Assembly: GCA_965205025.1 (NCBI GenBank)
Contig: CBDBFU010000021.1
Span: 1 to 64,000 of the forward strand
Length of the DNA stretch: 64,000 nucleotides
From: Candidatus Poribacteria bacterium
Lineage (GTDB): Bacteria; Poribacteria; WGA-4E; WGA-3G
Direction: 5' to 3'
Position numbers and translations under genes: made by a program. Positions 50,216-60,227 of this stretch are shown one piece after another (the first letter of the stretch is position 1; each line of letters starts with the position of its first letter). A model generated the notes under the pieces. That model was not told where the DNA came from, ran no database searches, and worked only from the letters and a program-made list of their open reading frames with translations.

Positions 50216-52492
50216 TTGCCCTCGCATTCACAAACCAACACATACGCTCACTACTACACTTTCAGGCTTTCTTCATCACAGAGCGTCACCATTGATCTGG
50301 AGTCCACCACCCCAAGTGATAACTACCTCCACCTCTACAACTACAGTTCTGGTCCGACACACCGAGCAGGCACACAGATCACTACTGATGATGATAGCGG
50401 CGGCAACCAGAATGCCGGTATAACACGGAGCCTTTCTGCATCACAATCCTATACCATTCAGGCAAGACCATTCTCAAGCACCACCGGTTCCTACACGCTC
50501 TCCATTGATCTTGCAGGTGTGACGCCTACCCCTACCCCGACACCGACACCAACTCCAACCCAACCAACCCAGCCGACCTGCTCGGCAACAACGAGGTCAA
50601 ACTGCGCTCTCTCAGAAACCACCTACGGCAACTCAAGCGGCTACTGCAACACTGCCTACGGCGACTGTCTCTACACCTGCAGCAATGGTTCATGGTTACG
50701 CACTGATAACTCCTGTACCAATACCCCTCCTCCTGAACAATCCTGCGGCTATACCGTCTCCTCACCGACTATTACAACGAGCGACCGCACCTGTACCGCC
50801 AGTCCGTATGAAGAAAAGCAAACCGACAGATGGAAGTATGTCTATCAGTATAGAATAGACGGCAATTGGCAGAGCAGCGGCACATTTGGCGATCTTAATA
50901 ACAATCAATCCTATACCATATCAGTCCAGCGGGCAAGACTTGAAGGATCCCACTGTTCCTCAGGCACCTGCAATGACAGCGGCAGGTGTGCCGGCAATGG
51001 CTGCACTTATGCCACCACCCCGCTGAGACCGACGGCATCTGCCGGTGACAGAACATGCACGATAAGTCACGCTGATGACAGTACCACTGCTAATGGTGTC
51101 TCTATCTACACCTATGAGTATCGCCAACAATATGGCACTGCCCAATCAAGCAGTGTGTTTACCGGCCTTTCAAACGCCAGCACCTATTATTTCCAGGTCC
51201 GCCGCAAAAACAACAGCGGCTCCTGTACCAGCTGGTCATCGTGGTCTACCGCAGTAAATTGTACTCCTCGCGATTCCAACAGTACTTGTTATAGTACCAG
51301 AAGACCGCAGTGGAGTACCAACTACGGCTGCCCGACGAGTGGTAAAAGCTACCAGTGCGGCGAAACCAGACCAACCAAAGTTTTCGCTCCCTGCATCACC
51401 GGATTAGACAGAAACTGCGCCGCGGTTGACTGCTCCACCCTCAGCACACCACAACCAAGTAAATCGTGCGGCTGTTGGGTAAGCAATTCTGCCTCCTGCA
51501 CCCCGAAACCCCCAACCCCTGTTCATGGCGGTTGGCGTCATCCCCCCGCAGAATCTGAAATTCCCTGCGGTGAGACCAAAACCTCAGAGTGTGACAACCC
51601 CGAACCAGCCAACGGCGGCAACCAATGCCCCACCAGCACAAAACAGACCAGAGTCGGAACGAAGTGCCAAACAAAGGCTGAGACATGTCAGGATGACGGG
51701 GAGGGAGGAAAAGAATGTAGGAGTTCAGATCCTCCCCTTTGCAACGCCAATAAATGCGGCTGTACCAATTATTTAAGCAAATACTGTAGTACCGTTACCC
51801 AAAACGGACAGGAAAGGGATGCTGTAAAATACTGCTTCTGTAGGATAGAGAATAATCAATGTGTAAAGGCCTGGAAAAATAAGACGATATGTGGTGATAA
51901 TGAGAGCTGTGCTAATCCTAAGAATTCCGACGCTTTCTGTGCTGCTCCCGGCAACTGTCCAACCCTCAATATCCCCACTGGTGGAGGTTGTCCCGCAGGA
52001 GAAGACTTCACTGACGAGGAAGATTCAGACACACACTACAAGTGGTACTGTGGTAGCACCAAATGTTCTGCTGAAAAAGGCTGCACCTCCCACACCGACT
52101 GCGGGGACTCCGAGTACTGTTCCGTCTGTAATATAAGAGGAGAATGTTCCGGTCGTGGGAGCTGTGAATCGTGTACCTGGGGAACAGAATGGTGTGAGGA
52201 CAATGCAATTAAACAGGCATGTAAAACAGGCATGGTGCTTGGATTCGGAGGAACAGGAAGAAAGCGGAAGTCGGACTCCTGCTCAGGTGACAAACCATAC
52301 TGTAGGCAAGGGGAATCGTACTGTACAGCGTGCAGGACTAATAACGACTGTTCCGGATCAACACCCTATTGCAGAGGGAAATGGTGTAACGAATGTACTA
52401 CTGACAGACACTGCCTATTAAAATCAGCGGCAAACCGCTACTGCGTAAAGGGTTCAAACGGTCAGCGCACCTGTGAGCGCACACGACAATAA
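50216..52492 (+). CDS. Cys-rich surface protein, probably 5'-truncated: PPC-like domain, PT linker, FN3-like segments, TSP1-like repeat, CxxxxDC repeats
   Basis: YYTF.L..VTIDLES..DDDSGG..GSYTLSI; VHGGW..CG..ECDNPEPANGGNQC; no signal peptide or SD. Confidence 0.75.
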   Translation: MPSHSQTNTYAHYYTFRLSSSQSVTIDLESTTPSDNYLHLYNYSSGPTHRAGTQITTDDDSGGNQNAGITRSLSASQSYTIQARPFSSTTGSYTLSIDLAGVTPTPTPTPTPTPTQPTQPTCSATTRSNCALSETTYGNSSGYCNTAYGDCLYTCSNGSWLRTDNSCTNTPPPEQSCGYTVSSPTITTSDRTCTASPYEEKQTDRWKYVYQYRIDGNWQSSGTFGDLNNNQSYTISVQRARLEGSHCSSGTCNDSGRCAGNGCTYATTPLRPTASAGDRTCTISHADDSTTANGVSIYTYEYRQQYGTAQSSSVFTGLSNASTYYFQVRRKNNSGSCTSWSSWSTAVNCTPRDSNSTCYSTRRPQWSTNYGCPTSGKSYQCGETRPTKVFAPCITGLDRNCAAVDCSTLSTPQPSKSCGCWVSNSASCTPKPPTPVHGGWRHPPAESEIPCGETKTSECDNPEPANGGNQCPTSTKQTRVGTKCQTKAETCQDDGEGGKECRSSDPPLCNANKCGCTNYLSKYCSTVTQNGQERDAVKYCFCRIENNQCVKAWKNKTICGDNESCANPKNSDAFCAAPGNCPTLNIPTGGGCPAGEDFTDEEDSDTHYKWYCGSTKCSAEKGCTSHTDCGDSEYCSVCNIRGECSGRGSCESCTWGTEWCEDNAIKQACKTGMVLGFGGTGRKRKSDSCSGDKPYCRQGESYCTACRTNNDCSGSTPYCRGKWCNECTTDRHCLLKSAANRYCVKGSNGQRTCERTRQ

Positions 52493-52590
52493 TAAATGCC
52501 CTACCGGTTATAGTTGTAGCAGGATACTTAGGAAGAAGTGGTGTAGTAAGTGAATTCTGCCGTCTTCCGACCGCACCCTACCCACAACCG

Positions 52591-52869
52591 CTATTTAGAA
52601 ACCTTCGGCAACCACGAGTTACACAACGACTCCAGCAAATCCGAGCCCGCGAACCCCGCGAGCAACGCCACCCGCCAATCGCCGTCAGTCAGCACACCCG
52701 CCACCCCGCCGACAACCACCGCCAACAGCAAGGAAAACAGCAGCTTCACCAGCTCAAACGGCTCCTTATCCCGCACCACATGTTTAGAAACACCCACCAA
52801 CCCCCGCACCAGCCCCCCGACCGCGCCGGGAACAACAGCAAGAGCAATAAACGAAGCATCAAAACTCAT
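52591..52869 (-). CDS. Small 3-TM membrane protein
   Basis: GAVGGLVRGLVG...LLAGFAGSDLLE; likely start MSFD. Confidence 0.65.
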   Translation of the reverse strand: MSFDASFIALAVVPGAVGGLVRGLVGVSKHVVRDKEPFELVKLLFSLLLAVVVGGVAGVLTDGDWRVALLAGFAGSDLLESLCNSWLPKVSK

Positions 52870-52941
52870 ATACACACAGTATACCACTACTGTGAAAAAG
52901 AAACCGACTTCTGCACAGTGCCGTCACTAGGTATACAAAAG

Positions 52942-52967
52942 AAACGAGCAACTTTCGTTGCTCGTTT
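52942..52967 (-). terminator. Intrinsic terminator
   Basis: AAACGAGCAAC-TTTC-GTTGCTCGTTT, followed by T-rich tail on the minus strand. Confidence 0.75.
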
Positions 52968-52982
52968 TAAGATCCAATATAA

Positions 52983-54190
52983 TCAATCATACTGGTTGGC
53001 GAGATACTTCTGGCACCACTTGAAACGGTTGGGGGCTCTTTTTTGTATCCCACCACCCAAAGATTCCTCTCCGACCATTCCAGTTTCCAGTTTCCAGTAC
53101 ATAGCACAGAATTCGGCGGCGTTCTCAAGTAAATCTGACTGGTAATAGTCACTCTGATCAAGCGTTCCCAGCCAATCTTTGCGCGGGATTTCTTGCAGAT
53201 CCTTTTCCCATGCCACTTTATAGGCCTCACCCTCAGGAGTGTTGCTCCATTTCCAGGCACGCCAACGACCATCGCCATGTAGCATAGCAACTGCATGTTG
53301 CCGCGCATGGGCGAGTTCGTGCATAAGGGTACTGTAATAAATTTTACCCCTGTCTTGAAGGGGGGGTAGACTCTAATAACAAGACCTCCGTAAGCCCCTC
53401 CTGGTACCCATGCCGAATCAGATGACTGATCAGCCATTCTATACAAGAGGTCATAGGGCAGTTTCTCACTCTCCAAAATAAAACGAACCGCGTCCGGCCA
53501 CCGTAATCCCATCAAGATAACACCGGGAGCATTGCCAAGACCTTCGCGTTCCTGGTATGCCGCATTGAAGACCTCATTTGGTCTTAAGTGTTGCAGCGCC
53601 GTTGGACGAGAACGGGAGACGATTACCTCTTTTGGCTCAAGGTACTGTCGCTCCACACGAAGGTGAAGCTCGTTCCCTGCCACATCTTCAAAGAGATAGT
53701 AACCGCCCTCATCGGTGACGACTTGCTCCCCTGTTCTCGGACCATTTGTTATGGTCACAAGTGCCTCTGAAACAGGCGCCACATAGTCAGCCATAGCAAC
53801 CTGCCCAACAAAATCCTCAGGGTTACTCTCCGGCGGCGCGTATTCTCTGTAAGGACCGGGAAAATCGAGCACCCATGCCGAAGGCGGTAGAATATCCGCT
53901 ATTGCCACACCCCGGAAATATTCTTGTGTTACCGGTTCTGCTGGCTCCGGCTCCGGCTCCGGCTCCGGTTTTTCCTCTTTTTTCGGCGGATCCTTAGGAT
54001 CCGGCTTCTTCACCTCACCGACCGATGTTATCGGTCCCGTCGGATCTCCCGGCTTCGGCTCAATAACTTCACCTCCACCGCTTATCACATCCCCAACTAT
54101 GTTTTGCTCGTTACAACCAGTAACAAGGACACTACAGAGAACAACAATTGCGAAGGATATCGCTGTCGTTATTGTATATCTTTTTATCAA
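52983..54190 (-). pseudogene. Lipoprotein with Pro/Glu linker, carboxypeptidase-regulatory-like domain and HExxH metallopeptidase domain, frameshifted near a C7 tract
   Basis: GGAG SD + TTG 54190, lipobox LVTGC; one extra base at 53360-53366 joins the frame to MHELAH..ENAAE. Confidence 0.75.
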
Positions 54191-54325
54191 TGTATAATCT
54201 CCATGGCTGCTAAAGGTCATCTGGTATAGCATTTGATTCGGAACTCCTCTCCTACAGAAGAGAAGATTGGAGAACGGAATTCACTTCTATCCAAAAACCT
54301 AATGCTTAAATTGTCTCTTTATGAG

Positions 54326-54697
54326 TTACAATAGTTTAACTACCCATGTTGACAGACATGCCACTAAGCCTAAAATTAGTATCCAATTTCGTGTTTTATT
54401 AGATAAACTTTCCCAAATATATATTGTCTTATTTGGAAAAAATGCAACACACAACGCAAGTCCAATTAGTATAAAAGCAAAAGGATTGAACATATAGGCT
54501 TGCAAAAAATTCCCTTGCGTAATTGAAAGACATGCACGTGTCATTCCACACCCAGGACACGGTACGTTAGTAATTGAATGAAATAGACAAGGAATCAATG
54601 AGACCTGTTCTGGAACCAACCCAACCCAAGCGGAATAAATACCTACCCCGAACAATCCAATTATAAATACACGTGCCAGATTCTTATGGTTAACCAT
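54326..54697 (-). CDS. DUF2752 family membrane protein
   Basis: PCLFHSITNVPCPGCGMTRA. Confidence 0.88.
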   Translation of the reverse strand: MVNHKNLARVFIIGLFGVGIYSAWVGLVPEQVSLIPCLFHSITNVPCPGCGMTRACLSITQGNFLQAYMFNPFAFILIGLALCVAFFPNKTIYIWESLSNKTRNWILILGLVACLSTWVVKLL

Positions 54698-55076
54698 CTG
54701 TTGTGTCCCCATATAATCTATTTATCTGGTATTGTTGTATTGCTAAAGATGCTATTCCAATACCAAAAATTGCTAATAATACACATATAATTGGTAGGTT
54801 ATGATCATGTAATATATCGTTATTACTTTGTATCTCATTAATCCCACAAGCCATTTTGTATTCATAATATATTCCAAAAATACCACAAGTGAGAAATGAC
54901 AGTATTAACCATAGCCAAAAAGAGTAGTCATTTCTACCTAACCAGACATTTAATGTATCCATCTGTTTATATTGCCAATAGAGACCGTATATTCCACAAG
55001 TAATAATTGTAAGAAGTATCCCAACTAATATACTTCGTCTGCCATCAGCTTCAGGATATGGATATTGATTTAGCAT
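54690..55076 (-). CDS. DUF4234 family membrane protein
   Basis: Duplicated LxxxTCGIYGxYW motif. Confidence 0.85.
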   Translation of the reverse strand: MLNQYPYPEADGRRSILVGILLTIITCGIYGLYWQYKQMDTLNVWLGRNDYSFWLWLILSFLTCGIFGIYYEYKMACGINEIQSNNDILHDHNLPIICVLLAIFGIGIASLAIQQYQINRLYGDTTDG

Positions 55077-55103
55077 ATTAAATTCCTTTTAATTGTATTG
55101 TAT

Positions 55104-55216
55104 TACCATTTCTAAATAATGATTACCCATTAGCACTTGAAGAAACCCCCTAAATCCCCTTATCAGGGGGACTACTAAGAGTATTCATAATAGGAACTAT
55201 TTAAATAGAAATGGTA
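55104..55216. mobile_element. TACCATTTCTA-family element with a different core (CCCCCTAAATCCCCTTATCAGGGGGACT)
   Basis: TACCATTTCTA / TAGAAATGGTA ends; core at 55146-55173. Confidence 0.7.
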
Positions 55217-55289
55217 TAATGATGAATTCTACCAGACATTTATTCTTCAACTTTTAGAATTCTGAAATCAATGCCTGGTATTTTCAAAT

Positions 55290-56339
55290 CTATTTACGTG
55301 GTAATTGCACAGTGTTTGGTACAATTATTTCCCCTGCAATAATTTTCTGTTTTATCGTTTCGACCTGGTTTACAATATCATCAGTAAGACTCAATTGATT
55401 ATGTTCGTCTAAAGTATAGTCCACACCACCACCCTCAATACCGATAAAACGGATTCCTGGTATGAACATCCCGTTTACTGTTTCGTTTATGATTGTCTGT
55501 ACAGAGGAAGATATCCCTTTAACCATGCTTGTTAATACTATTCCAGGAGCGAGATGATTGCCATTTGAATCCACCCAAATGATATATTTCATTTGTTCTT
55601 TTGCTGCTTCAAGTACTCCTTGTCCCGAACCTCCTGCAGCAACATATATTACATCCACCCCATCTTCATATAAAGTTAATGCTATCTCCTTTGCTTTATC
55701 TGGTTGATTAAATCCAGTTACATCATCACTTATGTAGTTGACATATACTTGTATATCTTGATTAATTTCATGAATACCTGTGATATATCCTGCTTCAAAT
55801 TCGCGTATCAATGGAACATCAACTGCACCTACAAATCCAATTTTATTTGTCTTGGTCTTCAATGCTGCAATTGTCCCAACCAGAAAAGATCCTTCGTTTG
55901 ATTTATAGTTAACAGAAGCAACATTTGGTAGATCAATTGCTACATCAAAGATAGCGAATTTCACATTAGGAAATTTTGGTGCTACAGATTCAAGTATTGA
56001 TCCCATTTGGTATCCTGCAGTTAGAACAAGATCTGAATTTTGTGCTGCTTCACTTAATATCATTTCGGTGGCAACAGGATCCTCTTCCATGCCGTTTACT
56101 TCAGTAAGGTTTATCCTCAGTTCCTCCTGTGCTTTTTGGACTCCTATGTGAAATTCAGTACAGTATGCAGCAAATCCAACACAGTCATTTGGGTATACCA
56201 TTGTTACCCGAATGGAATCTGGTTTTTCTTGAGATATAATATCAGTTGAAACGACATTCTGTACATTTTCACAACCATTTAAAATAGTTAGTCCTAATCC
56301 AATTAAAATAAGTAAAATAAAAATGCATCTTGTGATCAT
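55290..56339 (-). CDS. BMP family ABC substrate-binding lipoprotein
   Basis: Lipobox LNGC; EGSFLVG, IGFVG, AAGGSGQG. Confidence 0.9.
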   Translation of the reverse strand: MITRCIFILLILIGLGLTILNGCENVQNVVSTDIISQEKPDSIRVTMVYPNDCVGFAAYCTEFHIGVQKAQEELRINLTEVNGMEEDPVATEMILSEAAQNSDLVLTAGYQMGSILESVAPKFPNVKFAIFDVAIDLPNVASVNYKSNEGSFLVGTIAALKTKTNKIGFVGAVDVPLIREFEAGYITGIHEINQDIQVYVNYISDDVTGFNQPDKAKEIALTLYEDGVDVIYVAAGGSGQGVLEAAKEQMKYIIWVDSNGNHLAPGIVLTSMVKGISSSVQTIINETVNGMFIPGIRFIGIEGGGVDYTLDEHNQLSLTDDIVNQVETIKQKIIAGEIIVPNTVQLPRK

Positions 56340-56450
56340 GTTTACTCCATTAAATAAGAAATATAAAGAATAGAATTATTGTATATTCTAAAACTAAAGA
56401 ATCATCTTAAATATATATGAATTCATGTAATGTCAAATCGAAAATACATA

Positions 56451-56912
56451 TTATAGGTAACATTGATGGTAAATCTGATAAGGGTTAGTAGTATATACTC
56501 TGTAAATGACACGTCCAGAAAAATCAACCATATCTTTCATTCTATCAGATACTGCAGGATTGGTGATATGCTGTAGTGCAGATTGACGAGAAATCCATAT
56601 TGTCTCTAAACTTTCATCACTTGTCTCTAATTCTCCTGAGAGATAATCCCCCAAAAAGCCAAACATTACCTTGGTTGGAGATTTTATATTAGAGTAAATA
56701 CCTACCAACGAACCGATTGAAGCATTAATACCAGTTTCTTCTCGCACTTCTCGGATCAAAGCATCAATAATATTCTCACCTTCCTCAACCTGTCCACCCG
56801 GAAATTCCCATCCACGACGAGGACTTTTTATTAGTAAGATATTTCCATCTGGATGTCTGATTAATCCTGAGACAGCAACAATATGAGTAGGGTGGTTCAT
56901 AGTTGTTTCCAT
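56451..56912 (-). CDS. NUDIX hydrolase
   Basis: PGGQVEEGE..ALIREVREETG. Confidence 0.93.
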   Translation of the reverse strand: METTMNHPTHIVAVSGLIRHPDGNILLIKSPRRGWEFPGGQVEEGENIIDALIREVREETGINASIGSLVGIYSNIKSPTKVMFGFLGDYLSGELETSDESLETIWISRQSALQHITNPAVSDRMKDMVDFSGRVIYRVYTTNPYQIYHQCYL

Positions 56913-56973
56913 ATATAGATAGAATTATGAATAAAAGGATAGTTAATGGATATGATTACAGTATGAAGAAATA

Positions 56974-58593
56974 TTATATACCTATTGCGTATCCATCGCG
57001 TCTTGGATCAGCGCCACCCATGAATGTTCCCTCTTCAGTATCAAATGCAATTCCGTGTCCACCGCCAACGGTTGCAGTCCAATCAGGTAATTCCTCCACA
57101 TCGTGTCCACGTGCAATCAATGCTTCTCGGATAGCCACAGGAATCCGTCCTTCCATGGCAACATGTGTTCCTGGATTGATTAGACGAATCCGTGGAGCTT
57201 CAATAGCAGCCTGAATATTCATTCTGTGCTCAATTAGGTTTAAAACCATCTGGAGTGTAGTCTGTAGGATTCCGTGACTACCGGGTGTGCCGATAGCAGC
57301 AAAGGGTCGATCTTTCTTCCATACCTGACATGGTGCCATACACATCTCAATTTGTTTATGTGGACCAATTACATTTGGACTGTCTGGTTCTCTATCAAAC
57401 CAATACATAAAATTATTTAAGAACATGCCTGTATTTCCAAGTATTGTCCCTGAACCAAATGGTTGACCAAGACTTTGTGTTACTGCCACGATATTTCCTT
57501 CAGCATCTGCAGTATCAAAATGTGTTGTACACTCCGTCGTCCAATCATCAGCGATTATCTCTCCTGGTAGTTTATCTTTTGTCCAACGTTCGCCGCCACT
57601 GATTGCAGCAGTTTCAGAAATTCGATCACGTAATGACTGTGCATGATCTTTAGATAAGAGTTTTTGAATGGGAGGGTTGGGTGTAGGTGCATATTCTGCA
57701 CGATCCGCACTTGCAAGTTTAATTGCTTCAATGAGAAGATGTAGATATTCTGCTGTATTATGTCCGAGATTACGCAGGTCGTCGTTTTCAAGAATATTGA
57801 ATGTCTCAAGATATTGGAATCCAGAACATGGTGGTGGCGGACAGAAAATCTTATAATCTTTGTATTCAATAGATAATGGATCTTGCCATTCTACCTTAAA
57901 GTCATTAAGATCTTTTTCCGTGATTAAACCATCATTTTCTTTAGAAAACCTTACAATTTCTTTAGCTATGTCACCCTTATAAAACACCTCAGTTCCACCT
58001 TCAGCAACCTTTCTAAATGTATCCGCTAAATCCTTTTGTATCAATAACTCTCCAGGTTTAGGTGTTCTACCCCGTGATGCTATTACTTCATCAGCTCTCT
58101 TTGAGAAATACGATTGTGCGCCGGCAATAAAATCAGCATTTTTAACTGTTACGGCATAACCATTCTCAGCTAATTCAATAGCAGGTGTAAAGACATCTAA
58201 AATGTCCATACTACCGTATTGTTCTAATAATGCTAACCATCCACCACAACCACCAGGAACCATTCCAGAACGTATACCAATCTTTTGTGAATCTTGTGTT
58301 GGAAAGGCATCAAGTGTCGCGTTATATGGAGCAGTTCCTAAATAATCAATCACATGGTGTATCTTATCTTTTGCACTATAGAGAAGGATATACCCATTTC
58401 CTGCAATACCAGACATATAGGGTTCAACTACATTTAGCGTAGATGCAACAGCAATTGCAGCATCAAAGGCATTTCCCCCAGCAAGAAGCATCCGAACCCC
58501 TGCCAAGCTTGCAAGAGGATGAGCACTTGTAACCATACCACGAGTACCAGTTACAGTAGATCGATGTGTTAAACCATGTGATGGGAATGCCAT
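56974..58593 (-). CDS. ggt: Gamma-glutamyltransferase family protein
   Basis: GGNAFDAA, TTHF nucleophile, GTPG, GGADPRRDG. Confidence 0.93.
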   Translation of the reverse strand: MAFPSHGLTHRSTVTGTRGMVTSAHPLASLAGVRMLLAGGNAFDAAIAVASTLNVVEPYMSGIAGNGYILLYSAKDKIHHVIDYLGTAPYNATLDAFPTQDSQKIGIRSGMVPGGCGGWLALLEQYGSMDILDVFTPAIELAENGYAVTVKNADFIAGAQSYFSKRADEVIASRGRTPKPGELLIQKDLADTFRKVAEGGTEVFYKGDIAKEIVRFSKENDGLITEKDLNDFKVEWQDPLSIEYKDYKIFCPPPPCSGFQYLETFNILENDDLRNLGHNTAEYLHLLIEAIKLASADRAEYAPTPNPPIQKLLSKDHAQSLRDRISETAAISGGERWTKDKLPGEIIADDWTTECTTHFDTADAEGNIVAVTQSLGQPFGSGTILGNTGMFLNNFMYWFDREPDSPNVIGPHKQIEMCMAPCQVWKKDRPFAAIGTPGSHGILQTTLQMVLNLIEHRMNIQAAIEAPRIRLINPGTHVAMEGRIPVAIREALIARGHDVEELPDWTATVGGGHGIAFDTEEGTFMGGADPRRDGYAIGI

Positions 58594-58595
58594 AA

Positions 58596-58880
58596 TTAAC
58601 TCCTATTTAATACTTTTAATAGTTGATTCCACCCTAATGACCATAACAATCTTCTTTCATTAATGTTATGTTGACAAAGTATCTTGTTATCTATCTCAAT
58701 TACGGGAATATTATCCTTATACTTAGTAAATAAACCCATATTCTTAGTAATGTCAATTTCTTCAATCGAAATATATGACAATTTAGTTTTGATTCTATCG
58801 ATAACTATTTTTGCTTTATCACAGAGTTCACAGTCTGGTTTTGTATAGAAGTGTAGGTTAATCGGTTCAGTTTTCAACAC
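58596..58880 (-). CDS. Glutaredoxin-like (DUF836) protein
   Basis: YTKPDCELC, IPVI. Confidence 0.82.
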   Translation of the reverse strand: MLKTEPINLHFYTKPDCELCDKAKIVIDRIKTKLSYISIEEIDITKNMGLFTKYKDNIPVIEIDNKILCQHNINERRLLWSLGWNQLLKVLNRS

Positions 58881-59151
58881 GGTACCTGCGATAGAAATAG
58901 ATGTTTAGCATGAACAGATTAGATATTCAATAGGTAATGATTTCAATTCAGGAAAGGATATTGAAGGTTGATAGAAAATATCCTGTAATATTCCTCCAAT
59001 CCCTATATGAGTTTAGCACAAGGCACTAAATTTAGCACTTACTTTTCACATGAACTAATATGTGAGGTATGATAGAATCACTATCAACACAAGGTTTTAT
59101 TAGCAATTAATCAACTATGAAAACAATCAATAGAATTGTGGAGAAGATAAT

Positions 59152-60135
59152 ATGAGACTTGCACAATATGGTATTTCACATGACCATGCCTCTGGGAAAG
59201 CACGTGTGATGAAAGAGAGTAATGAAATTGAGTTTGCTGGTGTTTATGAACCATCAGATGAAGTGAGACAGACCCTTGGTAAAAGTGACACATACGATGG
59301 TGTTTATTGGTTTGAATCTAAAGAAGAAATGCTTAATGACGAATCTATAGTCGGTATTGCTGCACAAGGACGTGTATCTCAGAATCTTACCTTTGCTCGT
59401 GAGATTCTTGAACATGGAAAACACGTGTGGTTTGACAAACCCGCTGGAGATAATCTTGAAGAATTTAGAGAAGTGTTAGAGATGGCACAAGAAGATGAAC
59501 TACACGTCCAACTCGGTTATATGTTTAGATACAATGCAGGATTTCAGTTTATACTTGATTGGGTAGAATCAGGTAAACTCGGTGATATTTTTTCAGTCCG
59601 TGGAAGAATATCCTCTGGTCTTTCAAACGACAGTCATTGGAAACGGTGGGATTCCATTGGTGAACATTCAGGAGGAATAATGTTCATACTTGCATGTCAT
59701 CTCACAGATATTATTGTTGCTTTGTTGGGACGACCAACCTATGTGACACCATTTAGTCGACACGATGGTCATGATGTTCCTTGGTATAGAAACAATACAG
59801 CAGCAGTGTTTGAGTATCCAAGAGCATTAGCAATTCTTGAATCTACGGCATTAGAGATTGATTCAGGTAAAGCAAGACGATTGGAAGTATATGGAACCCG
59901 TGGTAGTGCGATTCTTGAACCACTTGAACCACCATCTCTACGGTTATGTCTTGATAGTGATCGTGATGGATTTGTCAAGGGATGGCAGACTGTTCCTGTT
60001 GAACCTCGACCACGTTATGTAGAAAGTCTACGTGCATTTGTTGCTGATATACGGGGTGAGAAATCTCCTGATCGGTCATTGGAGCATGAATTTATTGTAC
60101 AGGAGACGGTTTTGAGGGCAGCAGGGATAATGTAG
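59152..60135 (+). CDS. Gfo/Idh/MocA family oxidoreductase
   Basis: HVWFDKP, LGYMFRYN, GGIMFILACH. Confidence 0.88.
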   Translation: MRLAQYGISHDHASGKARVMKESNEIEFAGVYEPSDEVRQTLGKSDTYDGVYWFESKEEMLNDESIVGIAAQGRVSQNLTFAREILEHGKHVWFDKPAGDNLEEFREVLEMAQEDELHVQLGYMFRYNAGFQFILDWVESGKLGDIFSVRGRISSGLSNDSHWKRWDSIGEHSGGIMFILACHLTDIIVALLGRPTYVTPFSRHDGHDVPWYRNNTAAVFEYPRALAILESTALEIDSGKARRLEVYGTRGSAILEPLEPPSLRLCLDSDRDGFVKGWQTVPVEPRPRYVESLRAFVADIRGEKSPDRSLEHEFIVQETVLRAAGIM

Positions 60136-60178
60136 TTTGAAATGTAAGAACAAAATAGACTACTTATTCAAGTTTGTA

Positions 60179-60206
60179 GTAGGTTCGGTATGTTAACCGA
60201 ACCTAC
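60179..60206. repeat. REP-B hairpin GTAGGTTCGGT..ACCGAACCTAC between convergent genes
   Basis: 11-bp perfect stem; same family as 29529 and 31411. Confidence 0.8.
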
Positions 60207-60227
60207 ATTCTAATGTTGTGGAAGCCT

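Larger units (their letters stand above)
50197..54235. other. High-GC island
   Basis: Abrupt composition shift (sample lines: 34/60 GC at 52081 versus 16/60 at 49681); flanked by direct copies of REP-C + TAATGCTTAAATTG. Confidence 0.85.

Noticed and set aside
52550-53145. Plus-strand ORFs 52550-52930 and 52780-53145
   Set aside because: Antisense shadows of the minus-strand genes in GC-rich DNA.
50197-54235. Prophage or ICE
   Set aside because: No integrase, structural, replication or conjugation genes.
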